Numbered from the stretch's first letter, positions 53,735 to 63,493 are shown. The stretch is 64,000 nucleotides of DNA from an uncultured Pseudomonadota bacterium (GCA_949295085.1 CASFJS010000004.1:13372-77371); one strand, 5' to 3'. A program made the numbers and translations. Notes: a model not told the origin generated them from the letters alone.

Positions 53735-54076
53735 TCAAAATTCCTCTTTAATACCGAGCATCATATTTTCACGGTATTCGGCACCCCAGGCCACCATCGA
53801 ATCAATTACCGGCTTAAGGGCATAACCGACCGATGTCAGCGTATATTCGACCCGCGGCGGGATTTGGGCATAAACCTTGCGGATAACCAAACCTTTTTCT
53901 TCCAGCATCCGCAGATTTGATGTCAAAACCTTTTGCGTAATGTCACCCAGCGATTTTTTGAGTTCGCCGAAACGCTTGGTTCCGTCCATCAGTGTTTGGA
54001 TAATTTGCATTTTCCAACGATCGCCGATTAGTTTAACCGTCATTTCCGCCAGGTATTTTTGCACATCGTCTATCAT
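53735..54076 (-). CDS. HxlR family winged-helix regulator
   Basis: IGDRWK, KRFGELKK, ITQKVLT..LR.LE, PPRVEYTLT. Confidence 0.92.
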   Translation of the reverse strand: MIDDVQKYLAEMTVKLIGDRWKMQIIQTLMDGTKRFGELKKSLGDITQKVLTSNLRMLEEKGLVIRKVYAQIPPRVEYTLTSVGYALKPVIDSMVAWGAEYRENMMLGIKEEF

Positions 54077-54131
54077 CAAAAAATCTCCCGCAAGCCGCAA
54101 ATTCCTTTGTTGGTACCCTCAGAGAAACTAG

Positions 54132-54147
54132 AGCACTTTCAAGTGCT
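54132..54147. promoter_or_regulatory. Palindromic operator candidate for the HxlR regulator
   Basis: agcactt-tc-aagtgct upstream of the regulator. Confidence 0.6.
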
Positions 54148-54262
54148 TACTTTACTTTTATAACAGAAACGGTTTATAAAAATCAATATAAAAAGCAAAC
54201 TTAATGTATAAAATTTTAACACGGCTTTCTTATTATTATACACCACACAACACACACAAACC

Positions 54263-54305
54263 AAAAAACCGTCCGGGTTATTGAAAGCCTCCGGGCGGTT
54301 TTTTT
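54263..54305. terminator. Intrinsic terminator
   Basis: aaaaaaccgtccgg...ccgggcggttttttt. Confidence 0.75.
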
Positions 54306-54450
54306 AAGATTTCATTGCGCCGTCAATCGTCAAAACATTGAAATTTATGTTGCCAAGGGCATGTTTTGGCATTAAACTCAAAAATTACTGGCTTTCGCCG
54401 ATTCTGGTTCGGAGGCAGCGGTAATTTGATTTTATATAACAGAGGAAAAC

Positions 54451-55608
54451 ATGCCCAAGAAAAAGCAAAATAGCAAAACGCCCGTTGTATTGCAGGTTTT
54501 GCCGGAGATGAATCACGGCGGCGTTGAGATGGGAACGGTCGAAATTGCTTCCGGTCTGCAGGCCGTCGGCATCAAAAATTTTGTCGCTTCCGCCGGCGGG
54601 CGTATGGTCTATGACCTCAAAAAACTTAAAGTAAAACATTTCGAATTGCCGCTAAAGACCAAAAATCCTTTCAAACTATGGTCTAATGCCAAAAAGCTCG
54701 CGCAGATTATCCGCGACAACGGTATCAACATTGTCCATGCCCGCTCGCGTGCACCGGCCTGGAGCGCCTATTGGGCGGCCAAACGCACCGGCGCCGTTTT
54801 CGTCACCACGTTTCACGGCACCTACGGCCTCGGTCCTTTCGGTATCAAAAAGCTCTACAACCGCGTTATGACCTACGGCAAGTTGGTGATTGCCATCTCA
54901 ACCCACATAAAAAATCACATGATGAAAGAATACAAAGTTCCGGCCGAAAAAATCCGCCTGATTCACCGCTGTGTGAATATCGACAACTTCAGCCCCGACA
55001 AGGTCACGCAGGAGCGTATCATCAAAGCTCTGCAGGATAATCACATCCCCGAAGACAAACCGATTATCTCGCTCATTGGCCGCGTTACCCGCTGGAAAGG
55101 CCAGCACTTGTTGATAGAGGCCTTGTCCAAGGTAAAGACCAAAGACTTTTATTGTCTGATTGTCGGCTCTGATCAGGGGCGGGTGCATTATACCAACGAG
55201 CTTAAGGCGCTGGCTGCCAAATACGGCCTGACGCCCAAAATCCAGTTTATTGATCACAGTTTTGATATTCCGGCATTGTTGATGTTGTCCGACGTCGTCT
55301 TGTCGACCGCCATCGAGCCGGAGGCCTTCGGCCGTGCCGCCATCGAGGGGCAGGCCATGGGCAAAATCGTTTTGGCCTCAAATATCGGAGGCTCGCTTGA
55401 TAACACGATTGACGGTGTCACCGGCAAACTGTTTGAGAGCAACAACGCGCAGGCTTTAGCTAAAGCTATCGACTGGGCGTTAAATCTGTCGCCGGCAGAA
55501 AAAGCCAAAATCTCTGCCGCGGCAATCAAAAATGTAAAAGATAATTTTACAAAACAAATCATGTGTGATAAAACAATAGCTGTTTATCACGAATTACTCA
55601 ACGAATAG
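54451..55608 (+). CDS. Glycosyltransferase family 4
   Basis: GGVE.GT, HARSRAPAW, GRVTRWKG, EAFGRAAIEGQAMG. Confidence 0.92.
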   Translation: MPKKKQNSKTPVVLQVLPEMNHGGVEMGTVEIASGLQAVGIKNFVASAGGRMVYDLKKLKVKHFELPLKTKNPFKLWSNAKKLAQIIRDNGINIVHARSRAPAWSAYWAAKRTGAVFVTTFHGTYGLGPFGIKKLYNRVMTYGKLVIAISTHIKNHMMKEYKVPAEKIRLIHRCVNIDNFSPDKVTQERIIKALQDNHIPEDKPIISLIGRVTRWKGQHLLIEALSKVKTKDFYCLIVGSDQGRVHYTNELKALAAKYGLTPKIQFIDHSFDIPALLMLSDVVLSTAIEPEAFGRAAIEGQAMGKIVLASNIGGSLDNTIDGVTGKLFESNNAQALAKAIDWALNLSPAEKAKISAAAIKNVKDNFTKQIMCDKTIAVYHELLNE

Positions 55609-55622
55609 AAAGGATATTTAAT

Positions 55623-57548
55623 ATGGTTGCGATTAAATTGCCTGATGGCAGTGTGATGGAAATGGCAAGCGGCGCCAGCGGACTGGACGTCGCCGAAAAA
55701 ATCAGCTCCGGCCTGGCCAAAGCGGCTTTGGCGGTAAAAGTAAACGGCAAACTGACTGATTTAAGCACTCCGATCACGACCGACGCAACCGTAACCATCA
55801 TTACCGGCCGCGACAAAGAGGGCTTAAACATTCTGCGCCACTCCTGCTCGCATATTATGGCCGAGGCTGTCAAAGAGTTGTGGCCCGATGTTCAGGTCAC
55901 CATCGGCCCGTCGATTGAGAACGGTTTTTACTATGACTTTGCCCGCAAAGAGCCGTTCACGACCGAAGATTTTGAGAAGATTGAAGCCCGTATGCACGAG
56001 ATTGTCAAACGCGACGAAAAGATTGAGCGCAAAGTTTTGCCGCGGGCTGAGGCCATCAAATTCTTTAAGGACATGGGCGAAAAATACAAAGCCGAGATTA
56101 TTGAAGACCTGCCGGAATCCGAAACCATTTCGCTCTATACGCAGGGCAATTTTACCGACCTGTGCCGCGGGCCGCACGTCCCCTCAACCGGCAAAGTCGG
56201 CGACGCCTTTAAGCTCATGAAAGTTGCCGGTGCCTACTGGCGCGGTGATTCAACCAAAGAAATGTTGCAGCGTATTTACGCCACCGCCTGGGCAGATAAA
56301 AAAGACCTCAAAGCCTATCTTGATATGCTGGAGGAAGCCGCCAAGCGCGACCACCGCAAGCTGGGCAAGGAAATGGATTTGTTCCATTTTGAGCCCGAAT
56401 ATGCCCCCGGCGCCGTTTTTTGGCATGACAAAGGTTATCGTATCTACCGCAAACTGATTGAGTATATGCGCAACCGTCAGGAGCACAACGGCTATATTGA
56501 AGTTTCGACCCCGCGGGTCATGGATCGCTGTCTGTGGGAGACCTCCGGCCACTGGGAAAAATACGGCGCCCACAACTATTCCGGCCAGACCGAGGACAAA
56601 AAATGGTTCTGCATCAAGCCGATGAACTGCCCCGGCGGCCTGTTGGTCTACAAACAGGGTATCAAGTCCTATCGCGACCTGCCGCTGCGCATGGCCGAGT
56701 TCGGCAAGGTTAACCGCTACGAGGCTTCCGGTTCTTTGATGGGGCTGATGCGCGTCCGTGAGTTTACGCAAGACGACGCCCATATTTTCTGCACGCCGGA
56801 GCAGATGGAAGAAGAATGCATCACCACCTTGAAGCTGATTTTGGATATTTATAAGGACTTTGGCTTTAACGAGGTTAAAATCTATCTGTCCACCCGTCCG
56901 GAAAAACGCATCGGTTCCGATGAAATCTGGGATTTGTGTGAAAAATCTTTAGCTAATGCTTTAACTTCGCACGGCTATGCTTATGAAATTAATGAGGGTG
57001 AGGGCGCTTTCTACGGCCCCAAGCTGGAGTTTATTTTGCGTGATGCCATCGGTCGCGAGTGGCAGTGCGGCACCATTCAGGTTGATATGAATCTGCCGCA
57101 GCGTTTTGACATCAGCTATATCGGCGAAGATGGCGAAAAACACCAGCCGGTTATGTTGCACCGCGCCTTGTTCGGTTCAATTGAGCGCTTTTTGGGCATC
57201 TTGATTGAAAACCATGCCGGACGCCTGCCGCTATGGCTGTCGCCGGAACAGGTCGTGGTTTGTCCGATTGTCAGCGAGTTTGACGACTATGCCGAAGAAG
57301 TTGCCTCTGCCATGAAAAAGGCAGGCTTGTTGGCCAAGACCGATTTGCGCAACGAGAAAATCAACTACAAGATTCGCGAACATTCGGTTGCCAAGATTCC
57401 GGTGATTGCGGTGGTCGGCGCCAAGGAAAAAGAAAACCGCACCGTCACGGTTCGCCGTATCGGCTCCGACAAGCAGGAAACTTTTGCTTTGGATGAGCTG
57501 ATTAAATCACTGGTTGACGAGGCCAAAATGCCGCACGCCGACGAATAG
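55623..57548 (+). CDS. thrS: Threonyl-tRNA synthetase
   Basis: TGS domain, DLCRGPH, KPMNCP, FYGPK, HRALFGSIERF. Confidence 0.98.
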   Translation: MVAIKLPDGSVMEMASGASGLDVAEKISSGLAKAALAVKVNGKLTDLSTPITTDATVTIITGRDKEGLNILRHSCSHIMAEAVKELWPDVQVTIGPSIENGFYYDFARKEPFTTEDFEKIEARMHEIVKRDEKIERKVLPRAEAIKFFKDMGEKYKAEIIEDLPESETISLYTQGNFTDLCRGPHVPSTGKVGDAFKLMKVAGAYWRGDSTKEMLQRIYATAWADKKDLKAYLDMLEEAAKRDHRKLGKEMDLFHFEPEYAPGAVFWHDKGYRIYRKLIEYMRNRQEHNGYIEVSTPRVMDRCLWETSGHWEKYGAHNYSGQTEDKKWFCIKPMNCPGGLLVYKQGIKSYRDLPLRMAEFGKVNRYEASGSLMGLMRVREFTQDDAHIFCTPEQMEEECITTLKLILDIYKDFGFNEVKIYLSTRPEKRIGSDEIWDLCEKSLANALTSHGYAYEINEGEGAFYGPKLEFILRDAIGREWQCGTIQVDMNLPQRFDISYIGEDGEKHQPVMLHRALFGSIERFLGILIENHAGRLPLWLSPEQVVVCPIVSEFDDYAEEVASAMKKAGLLAKTDLRNEKINYKIREHSVAKIPVIAVVGAKEKENRTVTVRRIGSDKQETFALDELIKSLVDEAKMPHADE

Positions 57549-57610
57549 GCAAGGAAATAGAACAGGCGGCCGGTAAAAACATCGGCCGCTTTTTTGTGAG
57601 GAGATAAAAG

Positions 57611-58093
57611 ATGAATTATAATGAAGCAGATATTGCCCGCCTGCGTGAGGCTGTTGAGATGTCGGCAATTTCCGGCAACAGCGCGCAGCCGCTCGGCGGA
57701 CCGTTCGGCGCGGTGATATACAAAGACGGCCGCTGTGTTGCCAAAGGCTTTAATCATGTTCTGGCCGAAAACGACCCCACTGCCCACGCCGAGGTCTGGA
57801 CGATTCGTCAGGCCTGTGCGGCACTGAACAGCTTTGACCTCTCGGGGTGCACGCTTTATAGCAGCTGCGAGCCCTGTCCGATGTGCCTGATGTCGGCCAA
57901 ATGGGCCAATATTGATAAAATCTTTTTTGCCGCCACCCGCAAAGACGCCGCCGATATAGGCTTTCGCGACGACGAGCTTTACGGCCTGCTCAAAAAAGGC
58001 GTTTATGCCTGCGCCGTTCCCGAATGCCGCGATGAGGCCGTCCGCGTCATGCAACATTGGCACCAAAAATTCGGCACCGATAAGGGGTATTAA
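57611..58093 (+). CDS. Nucleoside/guanine deaminase (CDA superfamily)
   Basis: GGPFGAVI, DPTAHAE, SCEPCPMC, IGFRD. Confidence 0.88.
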   Translation: MNYNEADIARLREAVEMSAISGNSAQPLGGPFGAVIYKDGRCVAKGFNHVLAENDPTAHAEVWTIRQACAALNSFDLSGCTLYSSCEPCPMCLMSAKWANIDKIFFAATRKDAADIGFRDDELYGLLKKGVYACAVPECRDEAVRVMQHWHQKFGTDKGY

Positions 58094-58133
58094 AATCCTC
58101 GTGTCGGCGGTTCAATCCCGTCCCTGAGCACCA
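58092..58133 (+). pseudogene. 3' half of a tRNA (probably Phe), att-like remnant
   Basis: aaaatcctcgtgtc-ggcgg-ttcaatc-ccgtc-cctgagc-a-CCA: T-arm, 3' acceptor strand and CCA, no 5' half. Confidence 0.8.
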
Positions 58134-58281
58134 TTTAAATCAAGGCCTGGTGATTTTTTTCACCGAGGCTTTTGTTTTTATCCGGACACTCTATTCTTTG
58201 ATGCGACCGCCGCCGGTGTTCCAGGCACTTAAAAGGCCTGCCTCTATACCGGCGGCAAAAAGCTGGCGCGGATTGCGGGGA

Positions 58282-59226
58282 CTATTTTCCCTCAAAAATT
58301 TCATCAGTTGAAACACAGATACACTGCTTACCGGACAAACGGGCTATTTCTTGAGCCTGTAAAGGATCAGATTCAATAAAGCATACAGTATCTTTCATCT
58401 TTTTATAGATTGATGCCTTATAGGCAGCATGACATTGAAGGTGTCGTCGTTCTTCAGCCGAATTTACATTAAGCATAAACAAATTTTTGTATTTGACATT
58501 ATGCGCGGCCAGCCAATTTTCCGTTTGCGGGCGATATTTTTCCAAACGTGAAGTTACGATAGAATGAATTTCATACCGCGGAATAAATAAGGGTTTTGCC
58601 GAAGATAAAAATTTTAGATACTCAAAGCCGTCGTCATTTTGTTCTGCCATAGGATCAACACATAAAACACCATCAAAATCAAAACAGCATTTTGCTGCAA
58701 TAGCATGGTTCAGATAATTCCATTGAAACAAACGCGGATGTTCGACCGTTTCTAAAGCATAATCGACCAGCTTTGATGATTCATCGGTCGTATAAACGGC
58801 CGCAAACATAAACTCTTTTTCATTCGGAGAAAATTTGTTTGCCAGCATCTCCTTTGTTTTGTGCATTGCTTTTCCGGAGGCAACGGAATCATCAACGACT
58901 AAAATTTTTTTATATTTACCATCGGTGTCTAATACTCTTTGCCCGTTAGACGGTAAAATATCATTGAGCAGTTCCGGTAGCGAACAAACCGGCTTATTCA
59001 AAAACAAGCCGATTATATAGGCAGGGATCATACCTGAACGAGGCACGCCGACAATCAAATCAATATTTGCCGGAAGTTTGTATATGTTTTGTCTTATGGT
59101 TGAAGCCAGAGATTGAAAGGTTTTAAAATGTATTTTGGCTTTTCCTCTTGATTTCAGGGAAATTTTAATCCCCAAAAAATATAAGATCTTTTTGCCGTTA
59201 TGCTTTTTAATACCGAAAAGTTTCAT
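58282..59226 (-). CDS. Phosphoribosyltransferase-fold protein with C-terminal HAD-like domain
   Basis: GVPRSGM, LVVDDSVASG, FDFDGVL, VTSR, FIES. Confidence 0.78.
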   Translation of the reverse strand: MKLFGIKKHNGKKILYFLGIKISLKSRGKAKIHFKTFQSLASTIRQNIYKLPANIDLIVGVPRSGMIPAYIIGLFLNKPVCSLPELLNDILPSNGQRVLDTDGKYKKILVVDDSVASGKAMHKTKEMLANKFSPNEKEFMFAAVYTTDESSKLVDYALETVEHPRLFQWNYLNHAIAAKCCFDFDGVLCVDPMAEQNDDGFEYLKFLSSAKPLFIPRYEIHSIVTSRLEKYRPQTENWLAAHNVKYKNLFMLNVNSAEERRHLQCHAAYKASIYKKMKDTVCFIESDPLQAQEIARLSGKQCICVSTDEIFEGK

Positions 59227-59235
59227 TTTTTTTCC

Positions 59236-59874
59236 TCATTTTACTGCTCTTAATCCAAGATTTATCCACCCGTGGTCATACCCGCGGCATTCGGAAGATT
59301 TCATACGCCCAATATTTGTAAAACCGCTTTCTTTTAAGCATTCTGTTAAATATCTTTCGGAAAAGGCGGCCTGATGAGAATTCCAATGCCCTTTGATTCT
59401 ATTGCCGTCACCATAGGTAAAAATTCTTCCACAAAACCATTTACAAACATCGTGCTCATCATTAAATTTCCACCAACCGTCATTATAAAAGTCCTTGCCT
59501 TGATATAATTCTCCATCGACAAAGGCTTTGGCTATTTTTAATCCATCAGGCACCCACAACTCCAACACGCCGTCTTTTTTCAAAATTCTGTATATCTCTT
59601 TAAGTACAAATTTGGTTTTATACCATTCAATGTGTTCCAGAAAATGGCTACTGTAAATCAAATCAAAACTGTTGTCTGCCAATGGTATGCCGTTAGCGGC
59701 ATCGGCAATATAATCCGTTGCCTTATTTTTGACTATGTTTAGCCCCTCAAAGCCCGGAATTCTTTTCTTTCCGGGACCGATTTCCAAATAGCGGACACTT
59801 TTGCGCCTGTTGGCCAGCCGTATGAAAGGCTCAACTCCAAATTTGTATAAAATTGTTTTTAGAAATATTGTCAT
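59236..59874 (-). CDS. SAM-dependent methyltransferase
   Basis: LEIGPG, SFDLIYSSHFLEH, RILKKDG..VPD. Confidence 0.85.
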   Translation of the reverse strand: MTIFLKTILYKFGVEPFIRLANRRKSVRYLEIGPGKKRIPGFEGLNIVKNKATDYIADAANGIPLADNSFDLIYSSHFLEHIEWYKTKFVLKEIYRILKKDGVLELWVPDGLKIAKAFVDGELYQGKDFYNDGWWKFNDEHDVCKWFCGRIFTYGDGNRIKGHWNSHQAAFSERYLTECLKESGFTNIGRMKSSECRGYDHGWINLGLRAVK

Positions 59875-59875
59875 A

Positions 59876-60787
59876 TCACTTCCTTTCTTTTAATTTGCTA
59901 AAGCATGAAATTATTTGCTTTATTTTGAATTTGTAATATTTTTGGCGCAGCCGGAAATTGTGGTTGAATAAAGTTTGATATTGCCGGTATAAATCTTTTG
60001 AGTTCATCTCATTTTTGCCGATGAAGCGTTCTATTAAAAAATTTTGTAAATATTTATATTCAAAATCTGCAAGACCTGAGGATTTGGCACATTCCAATGA
60101 TTTTTTCAAAGCAGTTATTTTATCGTGCTGTCGTTTACTCAATTTGTCCTTATGATTGGTGGAAGACGATGCGTTACTACACCAATAAAAATAGCCGCTG
60201 TAATCAATAAAACAGTAAAGAGGTTTTAAACAAACCGTTTTGACGTTAAATAAAATATCCTGATAAAATATGCCGTCATAAAATAACATATCGTTTTGTT
60301 GCAAAAATTCTGTCCGCCATATTTTATTCCAAACATAACACTTCTTCATATTATCAAGAATACGGCAAAAATCGCTACTGACGAGAGGCTTTTCCCTGAT
60401 ATCCTTTTCTGTTGCGGTATCGCTGCATTTATAATAACCGCACTGAACAACATCTGCCCTATAAAGTTCCGCCGCCAGATACAACTGTTTATAAAAGTCA
60501 TTTTTGATATGGTCATCGGCATCGACAAAACCAATATATCTTCCGGCTGCTCTGGCAATACCAGTATTGCGCGCCAAAGACGAACCACCGTTCTTTTGAA
60601 TAATAACCTTGATTCGCTCATCCCGAATCGCATACTCGTTAAGAATCGCGGCACTGCCGTCGGTTGAACCGTCATCAACACAGATAATCTCAATATCTTT
60701 GAGGGTTTGATTAACAATACTGTCCAAACACCGCGGCAGATATTTTTCACTGTTGTAAATCGGAACAATAACACTAATTTTAGGCAT
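59876..60787 (-). CDS. Glycosyltransferase family 2
   Basis: ISVIVPIYN, VDDGSTD, ARNTG, FVDADD, VWNK. Confidence 0.92.
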   Translation of the reverse strand: MPKISVIVPIYNSEKYLPRCLDSIVNQTLKDIEIICVDDGSTDGSAAILNEYAIRDERIKVIIQKNGGSSLARNTGIARAAGRYIGFVDADDHIKNDFYKQLYLAAELYRADVVQCGYYKCSDTATEKDIREKPLVSSDFCRILDNMKKCYVWNKIWRTEFLQQNDMLFYDGIFYQDILFNVKTVCLKPLYCFIDYSGYFYWCSNASSSTNHKDKLSKRQHDKITALKKSLECAKSSGLADFEYKYLQNFLIERFIGKNEMNSKDLYRQYQTLFNHNFRLRQKYYKFKIKQIISCFSKLKERK

Positions 60788-60800
60788 ATCTTATTCCTTT

Positions 60801-61718
60801 TTATTTTCGTCTGAATTTAAATTCCCAACCCAGCAAACCGACAACCTTAAATTTTTGTCCGGCGATTTCGCGGTTGTGAATATTGAAAAAAGCATGAAAA
60901 AAGTTTTTAATCTTTTGGCTCTGTTGGTATCGGAGGCAAATGTCTTTGATATCTTTTTCAAAAGCCGTCAGCGGAACATACTTCCAAAACGCCTCACCAC
61001 CTAAGATATCAGGATTGTTCCAAGGTTTGTTGTTTCCACCGCCACAATAATGCAGAATACAAGCATTGGAATACTCAGGTATTTTTTTGGGAATAACACA
61101 ATAACAATTATCAAGCTGCTGATAACAATCTTGAAATATCCTATTCAATATATCCATATCCGGCAGCCGCAAAGCATTTTGTCCAGACAACAAAGCCGCG
61201 GTTAGTTTGATTTGTTGAGAAATATTTTGTAGATTCCACAGGCAGTTATTAATGAGTAAAAGTCCTGAATTAAAGTTTTTTGCAGGAATTAAACGCTCAT
61301 TATAGCAAGGAACCGCGCCGATTATTTTATCGCCTAAATCTTCATTATAAAGTTTTTTAATATCATCAACAAACGCGACATCAACATCCGAATAAATCGC
61401 CTTTTCGCAGTCCGGCAGAATATCCGGAATTAAAAACCTTGAATACATATCGCGGCTGATATGCTTAAGCCGCGGCAGGTCACCGAATTCTTTGTCGCAG
61501 TCCACCGGAATAAAGCGCACGCTGAAGTTGTCAAAATACTGCCGGGTGTCGCAGATTTTTTGCCGGTTCTTTTCGCTGATGCCGGAATCCAGCACATAAA
61601 AATCAACGTACTCTTGCGTGTTGGCAAGGATACTGGCCATTGTGGTGGCAACAAAGGGGGCAAACTTGTCATTGCTGGCCAAAAATACCGGAATATGAGA
61701 CTTATTTGGTGTATTCAT
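60801..61718 (-). CDS. Glycosyltransferase family 8
   Basis: YSRFLIP, YSDVD, FNSGLLL, DMDILN, HYCG..KPW. Confidence 0.9.
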   Translation of the reverse strand: MNTPNKSHIPVFLASNDKFAPFVATTMASILANTQEYVDFYVLDSGISEKNRQKICDTRQYFDNFSVRFIPVDCDKEFGDLPRLKHISRDMYSRFLIPDILPDCEKAIYSDVDVAFVDDIKKLYNEDLGDKIIGAVPCYNERLIPAKNFNSGLLLINNCLWNLQNISQQIKLTAALLSGQNALRLPDMDILNRIFQDCYQQLDNCYCVIPKKIPEYSNACILHYCGGGNNKPWNNPDILGGEAFWKYVPLTAFEKDIKDICLRYQQSQKIKNFFHAFFNIHNREIAGQKFKVVGLLGWEFKFRRK

Positions 61719-62505
61719 CTTTAAAAATTCCTTTCAATCCGACCGGATTAACCGAAATGATTTCGACATCGGGATAAAATTTTCCGGCAAATTTTTTAAA
61801 TTGCTTATAAGCGGCAATCACCTTTTTGACGGCCAAAGAGTTTTTTTCTTTTGCGTTATAAACATAACCGCCGGTGGTGCAGTCGCAGCCGACCAGATAA
61901 ATTCTTCGCGGATAGGTCCACAAAGCAAATTGCAACGCCGAAAAGGTGGTGCTGCCGAAATCACCGAGCGGGCAGCAGGATATATCATAGGCAAACTGCG
62001 GCTTAAACCCCAACATCCAGTCAGTCCGATAACGCAACGCGCCGGCTTTGATGGCGCAGGATTCGGGAACCGTCCACGGTTTTTCATAAACATTTTCGCG
62101 AATAAGACCATAAAACTTGGTGCATTTTTTCGGCTCATACGCGGCCACGTCGTCAATATATTCCGGCGTTTTGCCCGTATAATCCTGAATAAAAATATAA
62201 TCCAATTTGACCGGCGCCACGGCAAAACTGCGGTTGACGCCGATATGCACGGCGCCTTTGACGGGTTTGTAGTCTTTGGCGGTCGGGCCGGAAGCAAAAA
62301 TAACAATATCCTGCCCGATGTGCTTTTCCTTAAACGGTAAAAAAGTTTTTTGGTGCAGGGCAAAAGTGCTCAGGTTGTTTTGCGTCATCCGGTTCAAAAT
62401 ACGGGTAATGTTGCCGCCGTCCGGATTTTTGAGCTTAAATTTCAATCCCAGGAAATAAACGATTTTGTGGGTGTCAAGCCGCTGAATACCGAATAGTCTG
62501 CTCAT
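61702..62505 (-). CDS. DUF115/MptE-like glycan-associated protein
   Basis: IFASGPT, IGVN, ALQFAL...IYLVGCD, IISVNP. Confidence 0.65.
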   Translation of the reverse strand: MSRLFGIQRLDTHKIVYFLGLKFKLKNPDGGNITRILNRMTQNNLSTFALHQKTFLPFKEKHIGQDIVIFASGPTAKDYKPVKGAVHIGVNRSFAVAPVKLDYIFIQDYTGKTPEYIDDVAAYEPKKCTKFYGLIRENVYEKPWTVPESCAIKAGALRYRTDWMLGFKPQFAYDISCCPLGDFGSTTFSALQFALWTYPRRIYLVGCDCTTGGYVYNAKEKNSLAVKKVIAAYKQFKKFAGKFYPDVEIISVNPVGLKGIFKDEYTK

Positions 62506-62532
62506 ATGATCGTCCTCATTTTGGTCAAAAAC

Positions 62533-62765
62533 AAAAAAGCCACCTGATGAAGGTGACTGGAAGTTGGAAACTATTCATACGAAATAGTGCGACATATTAG
62601 CCAATACAGCCATATATCACTAGTATATATACGGACTATATGTTCATATAGCCTATTTTGTCGCCTTCCAGTCTTGTGAACCAGAAGGCTTGCAAAATTT
62701 ATCGTCTTTTCGACGCGTATGAATGAGGTTTCCACACCCCAGAACATTCATCAAATGTTCCGCCA
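62533..62765 (-). ncRNA. Structured leader / attenuator-like RNA candidate
   Basis: Several long-range complementary blocks ending in a terminator just before the operon RBS. Confidence 0.5.
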
Positions 62766-62818
62766 TCAAGTCTAAGGACTATTTTACCAAAAGTAAAGTT
62801 AAAAAAATTGCCCTATAA

Positions 62819-62847
62819 AAAAATCCCGACACCATATCGGGATTTTT
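62819..62847. terminator. Terminator after mlaC
   Basis: aaaaatcccga-caccata-tcgggattttt. Confidence 0.75.
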
Positions 62848-62866
62848 AATGAAAAAGCTGAAATTT

Positions 62867-63493
62867 TTATTTAGCCGCGACCGGTGTTTGTTGTGCCTTA
62901 AGCTTGGCCTGCAAATCGGCAATCAAGGCATCAACCCCGCCGGGGTTGTTTTTGATAAAGGCGGTGTATTCGCTGCGGGCCGACTGCGCCAGACTGACAC
63001 CTTCAATTACGATATCAACAATCTTGTAGCTGCCGTTTTTTTCGCGCACCCGCCACAACACCTGCGCCGGCGCGCCCTGATCCATCGGCACCTCGGAGTT
63101 CACAAAAACCTGCCCTTTGGAAGAAGACGGCGTCGTCCCCTTAAACACAAAGTTGCGCCCCTTAAACTCGTTAAAACGCTTTGACCATGTGGCAATATTC
63201 AAATCACGATAGACGGCAATAAACTCTTTGCGCTGCTGGGCATTAGCGGTGCGCCAGTTGCGCCCCAGCACAAACTGACCGATAAAATCCAAATCCAGCG
63301 CGTCATTCAACAATTTGTAAAAACGTTTGTCTTTTTCCGCCTGACTGATATTGGCATTGATAATCTGTTCAATACCGGTGGCGGTGGTGTCTTTGATGAA
63401 TTTTTCGGCCGCTTTGGCGTCAACTTCGGCTCTTGCCGCGCCGCTCATCAGCACAAAGGCAACGGTTAAAATGCTCAGCAGATATTTTTTCAT
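62867..63493 (-). CDS. mlaC: Phospholipid-binding protein MlaC/Ttg2D
   Basis: Signal peptide, FVLGRNWR, KIVDIVIEGVSL..RSEY. Confidence 0.9.
   Translation of the reverse strand: MKKYLLSILTVAFVLMSGAARAEVDAKAAEKFIKDTTATGIEQIINANISQAEKDKRFYKLLNDALDLDFIGQFVLGRNWRTANAQQRKEFIAVYRDLNIATWSKRFNEFKGRNFVFKGTTPSSSKGQVFVNSEVPMDQGAPAQVLWRVREKNGSYKIVDIVIEGVSLAQSARSEYTAFIKNNPGGVDALIADLQAKLKAQQTPVAAK

Noticed and set aside
58060..58133. Intact tRNA gene
   Set aside because: No D-arm or 5' acceptor strand; upstream sequence is deaminase CDS.
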